Source: an uncultured Nitrososphaeraceae archaeon (GTDB lineage: Archaea; Thermoproteota; Nitrososphaeria; Nitrososphaerales; Nitrososphaeraceae). Taken from it: 64,000 nucleotides of DNA. The stretch spans positions 1,139,781 to 1,203,780 of the forward strand of contig CAVZZA010000003.1 in the NCBI GenBank assembly GCA_963779615.1, written 5' to 3'. A model generated the notes under the pieces. That model saw only the letters and a list, made by a program, of their open reading frames with translations. It was not told where the DNA came from and made no database searches. A program made the translations under genes and the position numbers. Below, piece after piece: positions 55,675-64,000 of this stretch; the first letter of the stretch is position 1; each line of letters starts with the position of its first letter.

Positions 55675-56076
55675 TTGAAGTTATTTTAGTTTGACATTAT
55701 TTATTATTAATGATTGATTAAGATTAAAATAATGACTCATATATTGTGCAATTGGATTTAATTTGGCAGACAATTCAAATTACTGATCCATAAAATTGGT
55801 AATGCATAAAGGTTTTTTGACCATGGCATTTATGAAAGTGGTAGGACTTATGAGGATCAGTTGAATCAGGGTACAAAAACTATAAAGAGTTAGGCAGATG
55901 ACGTAGTTAGTGGTTATGTAAATGGTAATGATGGGTTTATCAACTTCTATTGTTTAAATAGTTTTTATGATGCCTTGCCCGACATGTTTGTTTGTGAATT
56001 TTATACTGTCAATGTTTTAATTGTGTTTTTATTTTAGGAATGTACCAATCGCTTTTTAAGTTACTTTTCCGATGAA

Positions 56077-56514
56077 ATGTTATTGCTTAAAAAGGACAGC
56101 AATATCAGCTATTATGAGTACTTTCAGGTTTTCCTCAGCAATAAAACTAATCTCTTTTTGGTGTTATCCTTAGTATTCATATCCATTATTGCTTATCCGT
56201 TAATTTTACCTCACATGAATCATCCATCAATGATTTACCATATTGGAGTTCACATAGTCAGTTTTGATGTGGCATTATTTTTAACTTTTATTTCAGTTTT
56301 ATCGTTTAAAAAGACCAAAAGCAAAAAGGTTTTACTTACATCGTTAAGTTTTGGCATACTATTAGTTGTAGAATTTTTATATCTGTTGCAATCAAGTGAC
56401 GTTCTAGGAGAATATCATTTACCATATATTGGAATAGAAGTACCGCACATTCTGTTATTGTTTATGCTCGTTTTCTTTGCTGCCGGAGTAATAAAGGTCG
56501 AAAAAAGATCATAA
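56077..56514 (+). CDS. His/Met-rich 4-TM membrane protein, paralog of 44898-45308
   Basis: NKTNLFLVLS, PHMNHPSMIYHIGVH, FKKTKSK, EVPHILLL shared with the first copy. Confidence 0.8.
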   Translation: MLLLKKDSNISYYEYFQVFLSNKTNLFLVLSLVFISIIAYPLILPHMNHPSMIYHIGVHIVSFDVALFLTFISVLSFKKTKSKKVLLTSLSFGILLVVEFLYLLQSSDVLGEYHLPYIGIEVPHILLLFMLVFFAAGVIKVEKRS

Positions 56515-56760
56515 TAGCCAAGGAAGAAGCAGAAAGAGAATTACCATTATCTAATTCTAATACAAGGAGAAAAAACATAAAGAGCAGAATATTGGAAACA
56601 ACGATTTTTCAAATACAATAAGAGACCCCATTGGAAACTAAACTTAATAATGGAACTTGTTTACGTACTTTTTAGAAACATTAGAAATAATCATCAATTA
56701 AAGCAAGGAAACAAAGCACCAACTGCCCAAACTGTTTTTAATAGTGTCCGGTAAATCCAA
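56515..56760 (+). pseudogene. Decayed wHTH regulator remnant
   Basis: Fragments KSRIL..., TKLNNGT, LETLE, SSIK resemble the 44356 regulator, with stops and indels. Confidence 0.55.
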
Positions 56761-57070
56761 ATATAGTATTATTTAAAAAACAACACAATAAACGTGGTTC
56801 TGTTCTCCTAAGAAAAAAAATACATTCTTTTGTTGGATATACCGGTTTTTTACAAGCAAAATATAGTGTTTGTATCTACGGTTCAAAAAATATTAATTTA
56901 ACAAACTTCTGTTTTCAATCCGGATAAACGGTATACCATCTCCGGGTGTTCAAAAAGATAATCCGCCATAACAATGATGGGGGCATTTTGTGATGGGTAC
57001 ACCAATTTTTTCTGGTAACTAAAAAGCTATGTTTATACAGAGTATTTTTCAACAAAATCACCCGTTTTCT

Positions 57071-57741
57071 GGCGCTGTTAACTTAAGCATTTACCACTTC
57101 CTTGTTATGCATATTTACAAATAGTTTCAACCAATTCTTTACATTATAGAGATTACATCTTTTCTTTCCACATGGAAAGTAATCGTCAAATCCTTCGATT
57201 CTATCCTTAATATATTGCACAGTTCTCTCTATGAGACCCTTCTCATATGGGAAATGAATGTGGTGCTCCAGTTTTAGGGATTTACATGCTTGCGGATACC
57301 ATGTAGATCTGTTGATACTGATTGTTTGCCATATTCTTCAACTATGTCAAGCATAAAACGTTCTGCTACGAAAATATTTCTCGCCTTGGATATTTTTGTG
57401 CGAAGAATTGCTTGGGTTTTAGGCTCAATAGCAATCCACAGCCAAAAGAATTCAGAACATATCTTGATTTGTGTTTCATCAATGATAAACTGTGATACCA
57501 TCTTTCTATTTGACGACATCTTTTGAGGCTTGCACTTTTGAATCCAGTTCCAGACTAGAACGTGGCTTCTCTTAACAATATGCAAAAATGATAATGCTTT
57601 GGCAACATTTCTAAATGATAAACCAAGAAAGTACAAATACAAACCATGACCAATATGCTCTGAAGGTGTTCTGTTTCTTTTACTACACACATGAGAGATA
57701 AAGCATCTTCAAGTTATATCATTTTCTTAAGTTAAAGAACC
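57071..57741 (-). mobile_element. IS6-family insertion sequence; transposase 57083-57690 with a frameshift near 57305
   Basis: LYFLGLSFR, SHVLVWNWIQK, IDETQIK, WLWIAIEP, VSTD, TWYPQAC, IERTVQYIKDR; terminal IRs GGCGCTGTTAACTTAAG and GGTTCT-TTAACTTAAG. Confidence 0.9.
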
Positions 57742-57990
57742 TCAAAGCACTATCTTTTTTTATAAGGATTGCCAAGAGAAGCAATAATACCGCGAAAAAG
57801 AATGGATAAAGAAGGCGAGATTCACAACATACGTAATCTGCATACGTCTTTTGATTATCATCATCTCTTTATCCTTGCCAATATCCAGTGTTTTAGCAAA
57901 AGACTTTCATTTATTTGCCATATTTTATATCGGGATTGTCCTTCAACTTTGAACAAAATAGTTAAAAACAGGGAAAAGAATTCTCTGTTA

Positions 57991-58845
57991 ATGAAACAAT
58001 TAACCATAACATTATTTCTGATTTTTATCCTACCTTTTTCTTACTTAATAGACTCCCACTCATCACATGCTCAAAAGTTAACAGCAACGTCAGTAATGAC
58101 CTTGGCCAGCGTTAGTAGTAATAGCACGGGCGTAAGTACTCACACAATAGAAAATAAGACGGTTAACTACTATGGCAACACCACAGGATATCTAGCATAT
58201 CCATCCCTAAATCAAAGTAATCAGGTAGAAAAACTTCCAGCAGTGGTGATGATTCACGAGAACAAAGGATTGAATGATTTTATCAAAGACTCAGCAAATA
58301 TTCTTGCTAAAAGCGGGTATGTTGTTCTGGCCGTTGATCTATTTAACGGGGAAATATCAACCGACCAGGATCGCTCAAGGGAATTAACATCCACGATAAG
58401 AGAAAACCCCAACATTGCCATAGAAAACATGAAATCTGCTGTAAGTTATCTTGGCTCTCTTGATAACGTTAACGCCTCTAGAATCGCATCTTTAGGATGG
58501 TGTTTTGGTGGCGGCCAGTCACTACAACTTGCACTCAATAGCAATGACCACCCTCTTTCTGCTACAATAATTTACTATGGAGTTCCATTAACAAATGACA
58601 CTAAGGCGCTTTCCAACATAAAATGGCCAGTATTAGGGATATTTGGCGATAAAGACATGGCAATACCTGTTGATACGGTAAAACAATTTCAACAAGCGTT
58701 AACTGAGCTTGGCATACAAAATGAAATTTATATTTACCCTGGTGTTGGGCATGCATTTGCAAATCCATCTAATCCTAACCATGCTCCAAATGAGACCGCC
58801 GACTCATGGAAAAAGACACTAAATTTCCTAAACAAATATGTTTAA
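57991..58845 (+). CDS. Exported dienelactone hydrolase-family protein
   Basis: AVVMIHE, GWCFGG, FGDKD, GHAF; signal peptide from ATG 57991. Confidence 0.9.
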   Translation: MKQLTITLFLIFILPFSYLIDSHSSHAQKLTATSVMTLASVSSNSTGVSTHTIENKTVNYYGNTTGYLAYPSLNQSNQVEKLPAVVMIHENKGLNDFIKDSANILAKSGYVVLAVDLFNGEISTDQDRSRELTSTIRENPNIAIENMKSAVSYLGSLDNVNASRIASLGWCFGGGQSLQLALNSNDHPLSATIIYYGVPLTNDTKALSNIKWPVLGIFGDKDMAIPVDTVKQFQQALTELGIQNEIYIYPGVGHAFANPSNPNHAPNETADSWKKTLNFLNKYV

Positions 58846-59421
58846 CACAACTATAAAATGGAATTAAAAATACGGATTGAAGCACAGTCAACAAAAACAT
58901 CCCTGTGGCAGGCCAAGACCTCATCTTTTTTATAGGCATATGCAGTAAACCAACAACCAAATTAGTTACTTTATTTTTTCACAATTAATTTAGAAAAATA
59001 TATGAAACATGCGAGGTTTTCTACATAATAGAATATCAGGACATTACACAAATGCCTTATATCCCTTTTAGATAATTCTTAAAGTTAAGCCATCCGTTCC
59101 CCTCTATTTGCCCTATGCTGACGGAACTGCATGTGTATTTAATATGGCACTAATCCAAAAATTGCCTCTATCATTTACCGGTTAAAAACCCTTTCTCTTC
59201 TCAGTTTTCATTTGGGCTTTTTAATCCTTCACCATGCAGTTTACAAATAGATTGGGCAAATTAACTACATGATTTAGTTTAATTTCCTTCTTCTATATCG
59301 CAATAATCATCAAAGCATCTTCTGGCATTTCTTTGGTATACTGCTTCTAAATAGTTCCCTAAATGATACTCTTCTCATGTCTTTACCCAAAAAAATAAAC
59401 CTTTAATACATAAAATTTGTT

Positions 59422-60640
59422 ATGGCTTTCGGTTCAAAGAACGTGGCAAAAGATGATTTTTTGTCTCACCCAAATGACAACACTTATTTCAAGATTCATT
59501 CTGTTAAAACCGAACACTATTTTAAAGATATAGTCATTTCCAATAACCATCCAATCAGAGAAACCGTATTTCGTAAAAGTGAAGGCTTGCCGATAAAATT
59601 GCCTATAGAAAGTTTTTTTGTTCTAGCAATCGAATGCAAACATAAAGTATTTCATGAGTTTAAAATTCCAATTGAGTCCACAATTCAATGGAGAATTGCA
59701 AATGGCGTAAAAGATGGAGTTTTCAAACATGGTTATGGGGTGGATACAAAATATTCGGATAATGACGAGTAATGATTGTGTTATTTATTGCTTTCCTAAA
59801 GATGGGATTGAAAAAAATTCCAAAGTCAAAGAAGTACCAATTTTAATTAAAATCAAGCCTAATAAAAAAAACAACGAATATAAAAATTCCACCATAAGAA
59901 ATTCAGTTGACATCAACAACATCGGCGTCTGTGATTACGAGCATGAGTCTCTTTTGAGTTTGTCTCTAAAACAAAAAGAGGGCCTTCTAAACAAAATGCT
60001 TTATGAGATTTCGTCTACAGTAAAAGAGATGACGCAAGAAAGAAGAATAGAGAATCTTTTAAATCCAACAGATGGGGCTGATGAAAACAATTGCGAATCA
60101 AATTTTATATACAGATACCAAGTTAAGGATAATAAGAAAATTTATTCTATTTTTAGAAGTGTTCCTAGTTGCAAATACTGCAACGTAAGTTTGTCATTAA
60201 ATGAAGAATATGAATCACATCCAATTACACATGAACCAAAAATAGATATCAAAACGAATCGGTTTTTTACTTCAGAACACATAAAAGTTTCCAACAACCA
60301 TCATCACATGAAAAATATCGGTAAAATTAAAGGATGCTCCATCCTATTTGATATAAAAAGTAATTACAATGGTATTTACAGGTTCAGAATCATTAATTCA
60401 CCCACCATAAAGACTTTCCAAACTTTTTGGGCATCTACCGCAGGTTCGTTTCCATGTGGAAATAGTGATAACTGTGTAATCTACTACTCTCCCCTAGAGA
60501 AGGAATTGTCTAAATCGCCTGTTACCTTATCTTTATTTGAAAAAAAGATCTTTGTTGACTCCACCTATGACGAGGAGCCACCTCATCTCACAGACCAAAA
60601 GAGGATTTGGCTCTTAAGAAGAATTACTATGGGTGGATGA
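59422..60640 (+). CDS. Hypothetical protein(s), probably one frameshifted gene with an internal duplication and a Zn-finger-like motif
   Basis: Overlapping ORFs 59422-59772 and 59714-60640; repeated SNNH and CVIY motifs; CKYC...H...H. Confidence 0.5.
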
Positions 60641-61263
60641 ATGCGACACCAATATCTTGTCAACTATGCTTTGATATGATTTGATTGGAAATATGTTTAT
60701 CATAGGTCCCACAATCTTTTGGGCATTGGATAATAACATCAGTAATTTTCTATTAAAAGAAGAAGATTAAGAATCGTTGTTGTTCATACATGTATAGCTG
60801 TTACTATACAGTAAAAATGTGTGGAAAACATATGGGTCTATTGTATCCACATAGAACTCAACAACTAATAAAATAACATTTTTCGAATATCGGATATCCT
60901 AATTTATCCTATCTGCATCTCATGCAATTGAAAGGCGAGTGAAGGATAATGAAGTAAAAATAGCAAAGCAATATTTTTTTTCTGCAACAGTTTATTTGCC
61001 ACGCTATAAAAAACAAAATAAAAAAGGATATACATACTATGGATAATTCATTCCATATGGATACTAGAGACCCATATCATTATTCGCTGTACGAACCAAC
61101 ATACTAAATGGACAGATAACACAATAACATTAACCATCACCCATACAAGGCTGAAATAAGAAAGAGGCTTTAGGAAAAGTATTCATTTTTCGCACATTAA
61201 TCAATATTACCACCCACAATATAACAGAATGTTAAAATAAACATATGGGTATAATAATACCAT

Positions 61264-62265
61264 ATGGGTTTAAACAGTCCTGTTGATCCTCCTAACCCTA
61301 AATGGTATTTAGAAAAATTATCATTATTTAGTTTAAGCCTAGATGAGGTTGACGAAGGCATTATAAAGCTGCTATACCACTTTATTTTAGCAGACCATCT
61401 GTCTGTATACCAATTATTCAAGGCAGAGAAATTGGGGAATGGGAAACTCCACTACAAAAGCACTCACAAGGCATTTCAGAGGCTTGTGGGCCTAAATCTT
61501 GTAGAAAGAATAGAATTAGATGACGATATACAACTTTCAGAAAAAGAATTGACAAGAAGCCCAAATTATTACAAATTATCTGAGGAAGGGCTGTTCACCC
61601 TATACGTAAAAAACAAAACATACTTTCCACATCCTACCATAATCAAAGCAAATGGAGGAAAACTAAAGTTAAAATTAGTTGATCTATCAAAGAATTTTTT
61701 ATTAAGATACAGAAAATATGAGTTATATAGGCATTGTTTGTATCCATGGATAGAACATAACACAATTGCCAGTTGTAGTCCCAAATTTGCTAAAACGATA
61801 AATGGATTATTGAGTGATATGTGTATACACATGGAGAAAATTCTAAGATATTTTCAAATAAACATATTTTCTCTCAAATATTATAAAGAGATGAATGTTT
61901 TAGAAGAAGGAATAGGTGCATGGGAAAAAGACGACAAAATACCTTTTTTGACTCGCCTTGAAAAAATCGATAATTTTGGAAAAAAAGTAAAAGAGAATAA
62001 AGTTGGTGGAAAAAAGATGTCTTTGCCACCACCAACACTCACTCTTAAACAAAGAGAAATTACAGGACAGATATCAGAAGCGATACTTGAGGAAGCAAAA
62101 TCGTTTAGTCTCAAACCGCTGTACTATCGGGCCATATTCGCTCTAGTAATCGGAAATATAGAAGACGAGGACAAAAAAATATTAGAAAATGATACAAAAT
62201 TTAAGAGGATATTGGATGAGGTGAATATGCAATTTAAGAACAATTATGGCGCACTAAAACAATAA
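61264..62265 (+). CDS. Hypothetical protein with an N-terminal wHTH-like region
   Basis: LSVYQL...YKSTHKAFQRLVGLNLVE...YYKLSEEG. Confidence 0.6.
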   Translation: MGLNSPVDPPNPKWYLEKLSLFSLSLDEVDEGIIKLLYHFILADHLSVYQLFKAEKLGNGKLHYKSTHKAFQRLVGLNLVERIELDDDIQLSEKELTRSPNYYKLSEEGLFTLYVKNKTYFPHPTIIKANGGKLKLKLVDLSKNFLLRYRKYELYRHCLYPWIEHNTIASCSPKFAKTINGLLSDMCIHMEKILRYFQINIFSLKYYKEMNVLEEGIGAWEKDDKIPFLTRLEKIDNFGKKVKENKVGGKKMSLPPPTLTLKQREITGQISEAILEEAKSFSLKPLYYRAIFALVIGNIEDEDKKILENDTKFKRILDEVNMQFKNNYGALKQ

Positions 62266-62962
62266 TGACACAACACTCATATCAGCAGTTATTATTTTTG
62301 TGATCGTATTGTAACATTGTGTTGAAACTAACACCTATGCTACACAACTCTCCATAACTAATCATCCCTGATTACAAGGAGAGACAGATTCAAGCAACAA
62401 TTCATATCTTTTGTGCAAAAACCTGGCTTTGCATAGTTAAACATCACCTTTTTTAAGGATCTATAAACAGAATTACCCAATGAGGCACATGGCTTGATGT
62501 GCATTTCTTCCATACACACATAGAAGGTTATCATCACATGCTTTGGGATTAGTCCTTGACATGCTGCTTTACAATTTCAGTGAGTCATTTTCTCAAAGGT
62601 GGAGGAAATATTCAAAACAAAAGTAGGTTATTCTGTGGAGAAAAAGGAAATATGGACACAGATGGATATAATAGACGAGATTGCAATTTCAATCATCAAA
62701 AGAATACTTGATAAAGAAATGCATTGGCAACCAATTCAAAACATGGTGAAAGAAAGAGATGGTTATGATTTACCTTGCCAGAAACTGCTTGATATAATGG
62801 TGTAATACGACAAAAATAATTCATGAATAACTAGGTACGCAACAAAGTAGACCTTTTCCTCTAATCACATATTTTAGGAAATACATTTGTGGTCACACTA
62901 TCTGGATATAAAATGATGTTGTTTTAAAATTTAAAATATTTAGCCACATTACAAAAATAGAA

Positions 62963-63769
62963 GTGAACAAAAAGGCTAAAGTAATTATAGTTTTACTTTT
63001 TATCGTTGTGATTATCCCTGCTGTTATTTATTTTACATCCCCACTAAACAGGATAGTTTGCGCTCACACATTTTCTAATGACAGTTCAGCTTCATTATTA
63101 GGCATTATAGAAGAATATAGGGGGGAACTAAATTTAATAAAAAGCAATGTTGACTCCAACTTTACCTTATCCAAACTTCATGTGCATAATGTTTTAGATC
63201 AGGGTTACGTATCCCGTATTGCAAACCAGATTTACCCTTCAGAATCCCGCGATAATGGGGATTTGACAAAATCTTTTCAAGACCTGAATGTGCTGTTTTT
63301 TGGCATTACCGGGGCGGATAAAAATTCTGCTTCTGTTGATAAAATCAAGGCAGAAACAGATAACATTGATTCTATATTGGATAATTGCAAAAAGTTATTT
63401 ATTGACGCTCATTTAAACAGCAACAATACTTTTAATGCGCTGACAATAAAAAATCTTCTTGACTCGTCATTGAGGTTTTATGAGTATGGAATAAACAAGG
63501 ATTCAAACGGAAACGTTGTATCTGTAAAAAATTATGTTTATTATCAAACTGCCCTTGAAATCGCAAACAGATCCAGTCACCTATTAAACCAAATGGACAT
63601 AAACCAGTTTCAAAATGATGGTACAAAGGCGAATCTTTTTAAAGACTTGCAGAAAAATGTAAATGTTTATGAAAACTACATAAAAAATACCGAAAATTAT
63701 AACAAAATCATGGTTTTGTTGCATATGAACATCCACCCGAGCCTCATAAAGTTATTCAATTTAAAATAA
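62963..63769 (+). CDS. Membrane-anchored/exported helical hypothetical protein
   Basis: N-terminal TM segment; HVH, YQTA and C-terminal HMNIHP motifs. Confidence 0.6.
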   Translation: MNKKAKVIIVLLFIVVIIPAVIYFTSPLNRIVCAHTFSNDSSASLLGIIEEYRGELNLIKSNVDSNFTLSKLHVHNVLDQGYVSRIANQIYPSESRDNGDLTKSFQDLNVLFFGITGADKNSASVDKIKAETDNIDSILDNCKKLFIDAHLNSNNTFNALTIKNLLDSSLRFYEYGINKDSNGNVVSVKNYVYYQTALEIANRSSHLLNQMDINQFQNDGTKANLFKDLQKNVNVYENYIKNTENYNKIMVLLHMNIHPSLIKLFNLK

Positions 63770-64000
63770 CTTTTAATGAGTTCTATATTAATCATTTTGA
63801 TTATTCAATGTGATGTGTTCCTGTTTTGTTTAAAGAAAATCAATGCCTTATCATGAAATTATTATTTGTTTTTGACAATTCCTAAATAATGGTATCATTT
63901 GCAATTGTAAACAAATATGGATTAATGAGTTTTTCCCATGATCATCAATTTCTTTTCATGGGATTCAATTTTGTTTTTATGGATAGTGAGATTTTTTACT

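Overview
Low-GC archaeal DNA. Gene content (aMBF1, aTrm56, PurP, thermosome, TFE, Rps19e/Rpl44e/Rps27e, Nep1, cobalamin and archaeal riboflavin genes) and the style of the hypothetical genes suggest an ammonia-oxidising Nitrososphaeraceae genome, probably Ca. Nitrosocosmicus-like (inference). Many essential genes carry small indel frameshifts, which most likely are uncorrected sequencing errors. Positions 1-29.3 kb are core housekeeping genes. Positions 29.3-64 kb are accessory: a DUF72-DinB fusion polymerase, repeat-rich small proteins, a tandem pair of HiPIP-like genes next to doxX, alkA, bluB and an IS6 element. The main candidate system is a ~12 kb putative copper-acquisition regulon (44.3-56.8 kb). 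It contains a His/Met-rich membrane protein coupled to a wHTH regulator, two inverted His1-secreted paralogs, CopC/CopD, and TlpA-CcdA with a CxCC beta-propeller. Six of its promoters share a 10-3-10 semi-palindromic motif about 7 nt upstream of the TATA box. I found no tRNA, rRNA or CRISPR array.
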